A stretch of DNA of 64,000 nucleotides from Polyangiales bacterium (GTDB lineage Bacteria > Myxococcota_A > Polyangia > Polyangiales > Ga0077539), in NCBI GenBank assembly GCA_044229975.1, contig JBGARZ010000001.1:832001-896000 (forward strand), given 5' to 3'. How positions within the stretch are numbered: the stretch's first letter is position 1; each line of letters opens with the position of its first letter. The notes under the pieces are model-generated. The model saw nothing but the letters and a program-made list of their open reading frames with translations. It was not told the DNA's origin and did no database searches. Below are positions 10,439-20,216 of the stretch, one piece after another. The translations under genes were made by a program, and so were the position numbers.

Positions 10439-11941
10439 CTACCAGCACGCGCAACAACGTGAGCCGTCGGTGCTGCCAGGGTTGGCGCACCAGCCCCCCG
10501 CGCGACCCGCCGAGACGCACGCCGCGTGGCAGTCGGGCGCCGTCCCGATGCAGCGCTCGCAGCCCTCTGGCGCACACGCGCAGCAACGCGATCCGTCGGC
10601 GCTGCCGGGCTCGCCGCAGCTCCCGCCGGTGGGGCCGATGGCCGACTGACACGCCGCCGCGCACGACAGGCCCGGCGCCACGCAGGCGGTGCATCCGCCG
10701 CCCACCGCGGGCGCCCTCTCGGCGATCGCGGCGCCGATGCGGTTGCGGTCCCAGCTCACCACCGAGGCGCCGCCGAACCACACCGCGCGGGGAGTGCCAT
10801 CGACCACCTGGAGGTGCGGCGTCACCTGGCCGAAGCGGTCGTACGACTGGCCGCTCAACCCGAAGAGCAGGCCGCGGTCGACCCAACACAGACCATCGGG
10901 ACTCGTCGACCAGAACGTCCCCGCGCCGCTCTCGCGCAGCATCACCCAGACGCCGCCGACGCGCTGCACGTCGACCGCGCCCGCGTCGAGCACGAGGGGG
11001 TTGCGCGGGTGGCGCGTGAAGGTGCGTCCGTCGGTGCTGGTCGCGAGCCCCACGTGGCGTCTCCCTCGCGCGGTGCCGTCGTAGAACATCCACCAGGTGG
11101 TTCCGTCGAAATGGACGCTGGGGCGGCCGACCTTCTCGTCGTCCCAGGAGCCCGCGGGGCCCGGACCGAGCACCTCGCCCACGCGGGTAAACCCGGTGAG
11201 CGCGTCGGACTGCGCGAGCCAGATGCGGTCGTTTTCACCAGTGGGCGCGTCCGTATAGAACATCGACCAGCGACCCCCCGCGCGCACCACGCTGGGGTCG
11301 TTGACGTGGTTGGATTCGCCGCGGTCGAGCACGGGGAGCGGCGACGCGTCGGAGGGCCACTTGCGCCACGAGGCGCCGTCGCGAGACGTGGCGACGTAGA
11401 TGCGATCGTGGCCGTCGGCGCCCTGCGCGCCGTACCACATGGCCCAACCGCCATCGATGGGTTGGAGGTCGGGCGCGTAGACGTTGTCCTGCCCCTGGAG
11501 CGCGACGGTGGATGTGGCGACGAGGAGGGGGTTGGCGACTGGGAGGTTCCAGCGGGCGGGCCAGGCGGAGGGGAGCTGGGTGCAGCCCGCATCGACCACC
11601 GGAGGGACGTCGGGAGCGAGCGGGACATCGATGGACGGTGGGACGTCGCGAATGACGGCAACGTCAACGGCAGCGGGCACGTCGCGGGCAGACGGGACGT
11701 CGATGGAAGGCGGGACGTCGCGAGCCGCCGGAACATCGATGGCGGGCGCGACGTCGACGGAAGGGACGTCACGCACGGAGGCGTCGATGGAGGGGACGTC
11801 GTCGAGCGGGTTCTTCGCGACGTCGTCCTCGATCGGGAGGTCTTCCTTCGCGGGCACGTCGGACGTGACGGTCTGCGTCGCGCAGGCGGTGAGCGCGCAC
11901 CATGACCATGCGAGGAGGCTTCGGCGGAGAGGTCCAGACAT
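10439..11941 (-). CDS. lipoprotein with 5-bladed beta-propeller glycoside hydrolase-like domain (GH43/32/130-like) and Cys-rich C-terminus
   Basis: ALTAC lipobox, DVP-repeat linker, blade repeats NVYAPD / HVNDPSV / KVGRPSV with WxMxY and ATSxDG. Confidence 0.75.
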   Translation of the reverse strand: MSGPLRRSLLAWSWCALTACATQTVTSDVPAKEDLPIEDDVAKNPLDDVPSIDASVRDVPSVDVAPAIDVPAARDVPPSIDVPSARDVPAAVDVAVIRDVPPSIDVPLAPDVPPVVDAGCTQLPSAWPARWNLPVANPLLVATSTVALQGQDNVYAPDLQPIDGGWAMWYGAQGADGHDRIYVATSRDGASWRKWPSDASPLPVLDRGESNHVNDPSVVRAGGRWSMFYTDAPTGENDRIWLAQSDALTGFTRVGEVLGPGPAGSWDDEKVGRPSVHFDGTTWWMFYDGTARGRRHVGLATSTDGRTFTRHPRNPLVLDAGAVDVQRVGGVWVMLRESGAGTFWSTSPDGLCWVDRGLLFGLSGQSYDRFGQVTPHLQVVDGTPRAVWFGGASVVSWDRNRIGAAIAERAPAVGGGCTACVAPGLSCAAACQSAIGPTGGSCGEPGSADGSRCCACAPEGCERCIGTAPDCHAACVSAGRAGGWCANPGSTDGSRCCACW

Positions 11942-12041
11942 GGCGTGCGGCGGATGGTGGGCGAGGTGTCGGTCGGGGCGCAACGGCCGCGGCACGCGGC
12001 GCACTACCCACGGCGCGCGGAGGCTGCGATCATCGGCCACC

Positions 12042-13226
12042 ATGGCGCTCTGCTCGGCCTGCCGACGACCGCTTCAACTGGGGCGTCCGCGCTGCATGTA
12101 CTGCAACGCTCCAGCTACATCGCCCGCTCCAGTGGAAGCCCCGCCTCGTCCCGCGGTGGCGTCGCTGCCGCCCGGGCGACCCGGCTCGCTCGCGGAGGTC
12201 GGCATCTCCGCCGGGAGCTCGGCCGCGGCCTTCGCGCACACCGCCGAGCTCTTCCTGAAGGAACGCCTCGGCGAGCTGACCGACCCCTCGCGCATCGCCC
12301 GCACCCACTGGATCGCCGCCCCGCCCCAGCACCCGGCCTGGCCGTACGTCTCGCCCGACCACGAGGTCTTCTTCGACGTGGTCACCGCGGACGGCGTCGG
12401 TTACCTCCTGCGGTATGCGGGCGAAGACGCCGCGCTCCTCGCGCACGCCGACGACCTGTTGTTCGCCCCCATCCAGGCGCTTTTACCCTTCACGCGCGTC
12501 GATCTGGAGGCCGTCGGGCTCATGCTCTTCCTCGGGACGTTGCGCGAGGTGGTGATCGTCACCAACGCCGACCTCGACGCGTCGTTCGTCGACCGCGTCG
12601 GCCGCATGAACCGCCACGTTGCGGCGCAGGCCGGGGCGACCGGGCGAGACATCCGGCTGGTGTCGTTTACCTGGGAGCTCACCAACCGCGACGAGTGGAA
12701 GACCGTGGAGCGGGGCCGCCCATCGACCGCCACGGCGCCGTCATCGGGCGACCCGAGCGAGGCCGCGCTGGTCGCGACCCGCGGTGGCAATCGGCTCGCC
12801 GAGCAGGGGCGCCTCGACGAGGCACTGCGCGCCCACGACGAGGCGATCAGGCTCGACCCGGGCTGCGCGCTCGCGTGGAGCAACCGCTCCTACGTGCTCG
12901 CGAACCTCGAACGCTTCGCCGCGTCACTCGCCGCCGCCGAGCGCGCCCTGAGCCTCGACGCGAAGCTGGAGCAGGCGTGGATCAACGTCTCGCAGGCGCT
13001 CATCGGCCTCGGTCGCTTTCCGGAGGCGCTCCAGGTCGCCCAGCGCGGGCTCGCGGTGGCACCGCGCTCGGCGGCGCTGCATTTCAACGCGGCCCTCTCC
13101 GCCGACCGGACGTACCGGCAGCCCGTCGCAGTGACGCACTACCGCAGCTTCATCGAGGTGGCGACGCCCGCGATGAAGCGCGAGGTCGAACTCGCACAGC
13201 AACGCCTGCGGGTGTTTCGGGCCTGA
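12042..13226 (+). CDS. zinc-ribbon + TPR protein
   Basis: CSAC...CMYC at the N-terminus; C-terminal TPRs (DEAIRLDP..ALAWSNR). Confidence 0.8.
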   Translation: MALCSACRRPLQLGRPRCMYCNAPATSPAPVEAPPRPAVASLPPGRPGSLAEVGISAGSSAAAFAHTAELFLKERLGELTDPSRIARTHWIAAPPQHPAWPYVSPDHEVFFDVVTADGVGYLLRYAGEDAALLAHADDLLFAPIQALLPFTRVDLEAVGLMLFLGTLREVVIVTNADLDASFVDRVGRMNRHVAAQAGATGRDIRLVSFTWELTNRDEWKTVERGRPSTATAPSSGDPSEAALVATRGGNRLAEQGRLDEALRAHDEAIRLDPGCALAWSNRSYVLANLERFAASLAAAERALSLDAKLEQAWINVSQALIGLGRFPEALQVAQRGLAVAPRSAALHFNAALSADRTYRQPVAVTHYRSFIEVATPAMKREVELAQQRLRVFRA

Positions 13227-13234
13227 GCGATCGT

Positions 13235-14181
13235 TCAACGAGCGCGACGGCGACGGCGTCCAACCGCGACCATCGCCAGTGCCACCGGCAGCCATCCCCT
13301 CGCCCGCACCGGCGCCACGTGACAACCACACCCGGCGTCCGGTGAGCTCGCCGGGCCGACGGCTGCGTCGAGTCCTTGCGCCACGCTCGCAACCACGCAG
13401 CTCGCGAGACCGCCATCGGGCTCCGCCGCCATCGCGTTGACGTAGCGCTGCGCGGGCAGGCGGACCGACACCGGATGCGGCCAGACGTACGCGACCGGAC
13501 TCGCCGACGGACGCGCCCCCTCCGGCATCTCCGCGCCCTCGACGTCGTAGCGACGACGGCCGCCGGGCGTGATCCACTCGAAGAGTCCACCGGTCACCGG
13601 CGTGTTCGCGCTGCCCGGGGGATACGCGTAGAAGAGCGCGGCCGCGTCGGAGGTGACGACGAGACGGCGGTCGGCGCAGGTGGGGTCGTCCCAACCGAAG
13701 GCGACGAGACTGGAAAGCGATGTGCGCGATCGGCCGCAAGCGTGCGAGCGAGGCGGGTCTCGGCGTCGGTCGCGCCGGGAGCGCCCGGGTCGGGATCGGT
13801 CGTGCTCCGCAGCGCGAGCTCGCCGGTGGCGCCCTCGGTGGTGCGAAGGCGCAGGCCGCGCAGGCCGAAGACCTCGGGGCCGTCGTAGCCGGGGCGCTCG
13901 TAGCTGAACCACACGTCGCGGTTCATCAGGCCGGGCTCGTAGAAGGCGGCGTTGCCGTTGACGTCGGTGCGGACGGTGACGCGGCTCGTGGTGTGAAGGA
14001 CCACCCCGGCGATCGGAGCGCGCGAGGTGGCGTCGACGGCGCGCACCGTGAAGTACCGCGGCTGCGCGGACGACGGAGAAGCGACGAGCAGGGCCGCAAA
14101 GACGAGGGCGATGGAAGAGATCGCCTTGGGCGGGAGCGGTGGTGAGAGCACGCGATTCAGCACTGATTGGAAGCGCGTCAT
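13235..14181 (-). pseudogene. frameshifted or internally deleted secreted protein with MYXO-CTERM tail
   Basis: Signal peptide and N-terminal domain lie in the 13594..14262 frame; the C-terminus with GCGC-hydrophobic-RRRRR lies in the 13235..13912 frame; junction near 13715. Confidence 0.6.
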
Positions 14182-14262
14182 CGACCCCGGCGTAGGACCA
14201 GCGGCACGGCGTGTCGAGTGGGGTCGCGAGACGGGAGCGATGAGGTCTTCACTGCGCTGCAC

Positions 14263-16056
14263 TCAACGCCCTGCATGTCCGTCGTACATGGCGACGGCTG
14301 CGAGTCGCAGGCGAGGACCATCCCAACTAAACCAGTACGCGTCTGGGTGGTGCCTGCACACGGGGCGGTCCGGCTCGCACTCGATGTCGGAGCAGAACTC
14401 CGCGCTGGACGACGGCGGCACTCGGGCGGTGAGCGCCGACAGCGCCTCGTCCGTGAGCTCCGACAACGGCCGGAAGCGCGCACGCCATGCGAACGCGTTG
14501 TACTCACCGAAGTCGATCACGCGCAGGTCGGGCACGCCGACCCGGCGCAGCCCCGCGAGGGTGCGCGCAGCCTGCACCAACGAGCACGCAGCCCGCGGTG
14601 TCACGGACCTCCAGGGAATCACCGCCAGCCCCGCGATGGCGTCGTCGAGGGACGAGGCGGTGTTCAGCACGACTGCGCTCCCAAGGTCGTAGGTGAGGTC
14701 GCTCGCCATCGACGCGGAAGGAGTGAGGTACAGGCCACGGTGTGCAAGCGCTCCCGCCTGCTCGCTCTCCACGACGACGTCGGTGCATCCGTCGCCGTCG
14801 CCGTCGATGAAGCGCACCGCACGCACCGTGGCGCCGTCGGGGTCGCGTTCGCGACCGAAGGCGAGCGCTCGGGCCAGCGCGAAGACCCTCGTCACGCCCT
14901 GTTCGATCACCACCACGACGCTCGCGTGCGCAGCGGCGACCTCGGCGACGGCGACGGTTCCGCCCTGGTCGCTGAGTCTCGCCGCGGCCACCACGCGGGG
15001 GTCGCCCGCGTAGCGCATCCGCAGTTCACGCTCGACCAGCGCGCGGTCGCCGTCGTCCGGCACGGTCTGTGTGGCAGTCCTCCGAGGCAGCCTCGTCGGT
15101 GCGACGGGGGCGATCTCCGTCGTGAAGGTGAGTCCTTCGGGGCCATTGATGATCGAGCCCTGGGGGTGCTCGCAGAAGAACGAGAGATTCCCCTGCCGAA
15201 TCTCCGACCTCAGCGCGTTCGTGCCAGCGGGCGATGCGGCGAAGCCAGAGCGGGGGACGGTCTCGGTCAGCACCACGATCCCATCGGGATAGCGGGTGAA
15301 CAGCGCGACGCGCGCCAGGCCCAACCTATCCGCGAAAGCGTCCGGCGTGCGCGCGCGGGAGAAGAAGCGGCAAGGCTCTGGTGAAAGGATTGGGTAGGGA
15401 AACCCGCTCAGGCCCGTCCGCGGGTCACGATCTTCCTGAGCGCTCACTGCCCGCGTCAGGGAAGCGTCGTCGGTGATGGTTCGCTCGCTCACCCGGTACT
15501 GAACTTCGAGCAGTGCTGACTCCGCCTGCCATTCGCGGGCGCGGAGTCCACGGTCCGAGAGCATGAGCACCGAGCGCAGTCCCGCGGGGCGATCGAGTGC
15601 GGGCGTCGTCTCGACGAGGACGTAGATCACACGCTCTCCCGTGACATAGACGCCTGCGCTCGCCGCGATGACGCGGACGCCGGCAGGCCAGTGCTGGACC
15701 GCGTGGGCCTCGGCGCCCCGAGACTGCTCCGGGATGACCCACGCCCCCGTCGCCACGTCCGCGCCGCCAGTGAAGGCCATCGTTACGACGTTCGCGTCGC
15801 TCGGACAGGTGACGGTCGATCGCCCCATGAGGCGGAACGACTGTCCCGCGCACCCGATGCCAGCGATCACGCGATGGATCCCGCCTCGGGCGCGCAACCC
15901 ATCGAGCACATTGAAGGACGCGGCCGGTGGTGCTTGCGGCGCGACGGACGCAGCGGCGACCGCGTTGACGCGAGGCGGCGTCACCGGCGAGGCGTGGCGA
16001 CAGGCGACGAGCGCGAGCAACGTCGTGTGCGCGAACCATCGCTGCAACGTCCTCAT
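14263..16056 (-). CDS. hypothetical lipoprotein
   Basis: LLALVAC lipobox; single DGDGDGCTD Ca-binding-like motif. Confidence 0.7.
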   Translation of the reverse strand: MRTLQRWFAHTTLLALVACRHASPVTPPRVNAVAAASVAPQAPPAASFNVLDGLRARGGIHRVIAGIGCAGQSFRLMGRSTVTCPSDANVVTMAFTGGADVATGAWVIPEQSRGAEAHAVQHWPAGVRVIAASAGVYVTGERVIYVLVETTPALDRPAGLRSVLMLSDRGLRAREWQAESALLEVQYRVSERTITDDASLTRAVSAQEDRDPRTGLSGFPYPILSPEPCRFFSRARTPDAFADRLGLARVALFTRYPDGIVVLTETVPRSGFAASPAGTNALRSEIRQGNLSFFCEHPQGSIINGPEGLTFTTEIAPVAPTRLPRRTATQTVPDDGDRALVERELRMRYAGDPRVVAAARLSDQGGTVAVAEVAAAHASVVVVIEQGVTRVFALARALAFGRERDPDGATVRAVRFIDGDGDGCTDVVVESEQAGALAHRGLYLTPSASMASDLTYDLGSAVVLNTASSLDDAIAGLAVIPWRSVTPRAACSLVQAARTLAGLRRVGVPDLRVIDFGEYNAFAWRARFRPLSELTDEALSALTARVPPSSSAEFCSDIECEPDRPVCRHHPDAYWFSWDGPRLRLAAVAMYDGHAGR

Positions 16057-16107
16057 CGCACTGCTCCGGCGGTCATCGGGGTGGGCGACTCTACTGCGAC
16101 CGAAGCG

Positions 16108-16929
16108 CTACTCCGGAGGCAGTCGGTAGATCGTGAACGCGAGCGAGATCGTGGCGCGCGTCGTCTCCGGCTCGACGCGAAACACCGCGCGCCGCAGCAG
16201 CGTGGTCACGCATGTCGTGACCTCGGCATCGGCGAGCGAGCCCCCGGTGCGAGCGACTGAAGCGGGCCGATGGAGCGGTTCGCCCGGCTCGAAGTTCAGC
16301 GTGACGACGAGCGTCCCCTGGAACCGCGGTCGCTGATCGAGGCGCGCTTCGTAGCAGGTGCGCAGCTCGTTCTCGCGCCGCACCACGCTCTCGCGCAGGT
16401 CGGACACCGACGCTGCCGCGTCGGAGGTGAGCGCGGTGATCGTGACCACACCGGTGAGCGTGGGACGCGTCGGCGTCTCCCTGTCGGCGCGCGGCTGCCC
16501 CAACGGCGGCCGAGGAAACGCCCCGCCCGAGAGATAGACCCACCGAGCGCGCATGGTCGTCGGGCCGACGCCACGCGCGGTAGGAAACGTGAGCGTTCGA
16601 TGACGAGCGAGCAGGCACGCCGTGGTCGCCGCGGGGAATCCGGTGCCCGAGACGACACGCGCGACGCGCACGCGACCATGGTCGCCGACCTCCATGCGAA
16701 TGGTCGCCTCAGCGCCCTCGCGGACTCCCCGGAACGAGCACGACCGCAGTGCCGCGCGCTCCGCTTCGAGCACGGCGGACACACCCCGGGCGTGCACCGG
16801 GCCGTCGACCTCGATGGTCGCGAGTCGCAGCTCGACGGGCTGAGCGACGCGCGGCTGCGCCGAGGCCGCAGGCGCGAAGGCCAGGGTGAGCGCGGCAGCA
16901 CGGGCGTGACGTGAGGAGACAAAGCTCAC
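16108..16929 (-). CDS. secreted protein with two AgmX/PglI C-terminal (TonB-C-like) domains (start approximate)
   Basis: ELRTCYEARLDQRPRFQGTLVV...CV and ALRSC...TACLL. Confidence 0.75.
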   Translation of the reverse strand: MSFVSSRHARAAALTLAFAPAASAQPRVAQPVELRLATIEVDGPVHARGVSAVLEAERAALRSCSFRGVREGAEATIRMEVGDHGRVRVARVVSGTGFPAATTACLLARHRTLTFPTARGVGPTTMRARWVYLSGGAFPRPPLGQPRADRETPTRPTLTGVVTITALTSDAAASVSDLRESVVRRENELRTCYEARLDQRPRFQGTLVVTLNFEPGEPLHRPASVARTGGSLADAEVTTCVTTLLRRAVFRVEPETTRATISLAFTIYRLPPE

Positions 16930-17102
16930 CGGCACCACACGCCACGCGGCCCATCGCACGAGCTCTCCATGCGGCGACGGTACCATCGCCAATCGTCGGT
17001 CCATCCATCGGGCAATGGTCTTCGCGCCTGTCCCGGTGCGTCCGTTGGCAGCGGAGTACACGATCCGCTATGGATGCGTCCCTCATCAGGCGAAGGCGAT
17101 CC

Positions 17103-18323
17103 ATGAACACCACCGAGAGAACAGAAGCCCGCATCGTCGAGACCCACCACGCCCTGGTCGTGGCCTCCGAGCTGGCGGACAAAGTCGCGATCAAGGACTT
17201 CTTCGGGTCGGTGGTCACGGCCGACGAGCTCTCTTCGGGTTCGCACGACCTCTCCGGGAAGACCGTCTACCTCTGTGGCGACCTCTCCCGGATCAGCCCC
17301 GTCAACCTCGCAGCCGCCGAGCGGGTATGGGTCATCAAAGAACTCTCGCACGGCTTCGGCGATGACCTGCCATGGCCCGTTGTCGGAATAGGACAGGTCC
17401 CCATCAGCGTGCACGGCGTCGGCGTGTACTACCGGCGCTTCTTCGAGGTGGGCACCGACTACTTCGCGCAGATCTGCGCGGAGCACGCCTTCCAGTCCCT
17501 CACGGAGTCCAACAAGCCGGGGACGGCCCATCGCACGGGGATCTACCTGACCCCCGTCGAGCAGCACGGTGAAGAGCTGCACTTTCGACTACTGCGGTGC
17601 TCGACCAACCTCTCGGGCCCCACCGAGACCTTTCGGGCGAACGACCGGCGCATCGTCGATGCCCTCAACCGTGAAGCGGCTGTCCTCTTCGAGAACCACG
17701 CGCCCCTCAATCACGTGCTCGCACAGGTCTATCGCAACACCCCCGCCGAGGCGTCACAGAAGCAGTCCAAGGCGAAGATCTCGGCACACGCCGACAAGAC
17801 CAAGGACATGCCCGCCAACGGCATCATGGCCTTTTGCACCTTCTACGATGGACTCGACAAGGTGCGTCCCTTGAAGGGAGACGCCTTCGACCATGGCCAC
17901 CGAGACGTCAGCGGCCTGACCCGACTGCGCTTTCGCTTGAAGGAGTCGGTCGTGGGGCGCGCGGGCGCTCTTCCGCTGGAGTTCACCCTGACCTTGTATC
18001 CCGACTCGGTGTTCTTCATGCCGCTGTCGACCAACCGGTTGTATACGCACGAGATCGTGTCGTCGGTGCTGGATGCCGCGCTGCTGCCGACCCGGCTCGG
18101 GTACGTGGTGCGGTGTTCGAGCACCGAGGCGGTTCACCGGAATGGCCGCACCTTCCTCAAGGCGGACGATACCCTGGTGGAGCTGGAGCCGCCGACGCCC
18201 GAAGGAATGAGCGATCTCCGCAAGCTGTATGCAGAAGAAAACAGGTCGCAGGCGTTTATCGACTACGGCGGACGCTTTCTCTTCAGCATGAACCAGGGGG
18301 ACTACGTTGCCCCAAGGACCTGA
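17103..18323 (+). CDS. putative 2OG-Fe(II) dioxygenase-like protein (divergent AlkB type)
   Basis: NHVLAQVY, ISAHADKT (HxD), YTHEI, RLGYVVRCS. Confidence 0.65.
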   Translation: MNTTERTEARIVETHHALVVASELADKVAIKDFFGSVVTADELSSGSHDLSGKTVYLCGDLSRISPVNLAAAERVWVIKELSHGFGDDLPWPVVGIGQVPISVHGVGVYYRRFFEVGTDYFAQICAEHAFQSLTESNKPGTAHRTGIYLTPVEQHGEELHFRLLRCSTNLSGPTETFRANDRRIVDALNREAAVLFENHAPLNHVLAQVYRNTPAEASQKQSKAKISAHADKTKDMPANGIMAFCTFYDGLDKVRPLKGDAFDHGHRDVSGLTRLRFRLKESVVGRAGALPLEFTLTLYPDSVFFMPLSTNRLYTHEIVSSVLDAALLPTRLGYVVRCSSTEAVHRNGRTFLKADDTLVELEPPTPEGMSDLRKLYAEENRSQAFIDYGGRFLFSMNQGDYVAPRT

Positions 18324-19083
18324 CGGAGCGGACGAGTTTTGCGCCTTCGCTCTTCCCCTCAGGGACGGTCTCTTCGAGGAGCTGCTCGCCTCGGCTCGAC
18401 TCGAAACCGTGGGCAAGGGCCGCTTGGGAGGCGTGCTGACGAAGACCGATGAGACGCTCGGCGCACCCATCGTCCGCACGACCACCCGATACAGCCTCGC
18501 GGCGCAGTGCTTCCGGTCGGTCCATGACGAGCTGTCGCGAGAGATCCAGCGATGCGCGTCGCTCCCGGTCGCCTTCAACAACACCCTGATCGAGAAGTAC
18601 ACCGACGCCTACACGACCATGGGCAGCCACTCCGATCAGGCGCTCGATCTGGCCGACGACTCGTTCATCGCCGTGTTCTCTTGTTACGAACATCCCGGGT
18701 CGGCGGGCGCGCCGAGAAGGCTGATTGTCGAGTCGAAGGATGCCAGCGGCGGCGAGTTCGAGGTTCCATTGACGCACAACACCGCGGTGGTCTTCTCCGT
18801 CGGCACCAATCGGCGGTTCAGGCACAAGATCGTGCTCGCGAAGTCCGCTGGGACGCCCGAAAACCCATGGTTGGGCCTCACCTTTCGGACATCGAAGACC
18901 TTCGTGCGGCTTCGCGGCGAGCACGTCTGCTTCTCTGACGACACCCGCCTGACGCTGGCCAACGACGAACAACGGCAGGAGTTCTACCGACTGCGGCGTC
19001 GAGAGAACAACGAGACGGATTTCACCTATCCACGCATCGCATACACCGTCAGCGAGAGCGACCTGCTGCCACCCCTCCCCTGA
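18307..19083 (+). CDS. AlkB-family 2OG-Fe(II) dioxygenase
   Basis: FNNTLIEKY, MGSHSDQ (HxD), FRHKI, LGLTFRTS. Confidence 0.8.
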   Translation: MPQGPDGADEFCAFALPLRDGLFEELLASARLETVGKGRLGGVLTKTDETLGAPIVRTTTRYSLAAQCFRSVHDELSREIQRCASLPVAFNNTLIEKYTDAYTTMGSHSDQALDLADDSFIAVFSCYEHPGSAGAPRRLIVESKDASGGEFEVPLTHNTAVVFSVGTNRRFRHKIVLAKSAGTPENPWLGLTFRTSKTFVRLRGEHVCFSDDTRLTLANDEQRQEFYRLRRRENNETDFTYPRIAYTVSESDLLPPLP

Positions 19084-19093
19084 GCGCGACCCG

Positions 19094-19981
19094 CTACGCC
19101 CGCGCCTCCGGCGACAGCGCGCTCAGTCGCTGAAACCCGCCGCGGCGGTACGCGTCGAACAGCCGCGCGATGTCGTCACGCGACCCCGCGATGAAGGGCC
19201 CGTGGTGCACCAGCGCCTCGTCCTGGCGGACACCCGCGTAGAGCAGCACCCGCCCGCCATCGTCGCTCGCGAGTTGCAGCTCGCCGTCCGCGCCGTCCGT
19301 CGGGCGATCGAGCCAACCGACCTGTCCACGTTCGAGGCGCTGCCGCGAGCGGCCCACCTCCACGCTGCCGTCGATCACGTACAGGAAGCCGTTCTCACGG
19401 CCCGAGAGCGCCTGCGTGATGGAGCGGCCCGCCGGGATCTCGAAGTCGACCAGGGTCACGGGCGCGAAGTTCAACGTGGGTGAGACGAGGTCGCCGGTGC
19501 GCCCGCTGTACAGGGTCGCGACGACACCGGCCTCGCGTCGCACGGGCGCCGTCGCGCGCCGAACGAGCTGCACCCGCGGCGTGGTCGCGCGGTCGGCCGA
19601 GGGCAGCCGCACCCACAACTGGAGGATGCGCATGCGACCGCCCGCGCGAACGTTCTCGCCGTGGATGATGCCGCGGCCCGCGGTCATCCACTGCACGTCG
19701 CCGACGCTCATGTCCCCTTCGTCGCGGTCGCCGAGCGCGCCCTCCAGCAGGAAGGTCACGGTCTCCAGGCCCGCGTGGGGGTGCGCCCCGCCGAGCGTCT
19801 GCACCGCGGGACCGAGGTCGAGGCGGTCGTCCATCAGGAGCACGAAGGGGTCGTTGCCCACGAGATCGCGCGGGGTGAGCACCTCGACGGCCGTGTGTCC
19901 GTGCCCGAGGAAACCAGGCTCGGCCGACGGCAGGGTGACGACGCGCGCGAGGCGACGTTGGACAAGGTCGTTGTGGTTCAT
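19094..19981 (-). CDS. pirin family protein
   Basis: DPFVLLMDD, HPHAGLETVT, VQWMTAGRGIIHGE, HGPF. Confidence 0.93.
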   Translation of the reverse strand: MNHNDLVQRRLARVVTLPSAEPGFLGHGHTAVEVLTPRDLVGNDPFVLLMDDRLDLGPAVQTLGGAHPHAGLETVTFLLEGALGDRDEGDMSVGDVQWMTAGRGIIHGENVRAGGRMRILQLWVRLPSADRATTPRVQLVRRATAPVRREAGVVATLYSGRTGDLVSPTLNFAPVTLVDFEIPAGRSITQALSGRENGFLYVIDGSVEVGRSRQRLERGQVGWLDRPTDGADGELQLASDDGGRVLLYAGVRQDEALVHHGPFIAGSRDDIARLFDAYRRGGFQRLSALSPEARA

Positions 19982-20216
19982 GGGGTCTCCGCGCTCTCCG
20001 CTTCGTTGCGGGGCGTGACGTCAGGGTAGGTCGGCGACGGCTTCCCAGCGAGAACGCACCAATGGTCAGCACCTGCTACGCAATCGAGCAGGTGGAGCGT
20101 CGTTGCACTCCCTGGCCGTCGGTTCCCCACCCGACGGACCACAACGTACAGCCACCCGGCGCCACCGCGCAACGCCTTGCAAAACAGCCCGATCAGGCGG
20201 CTTGTGGCACGTCCCG

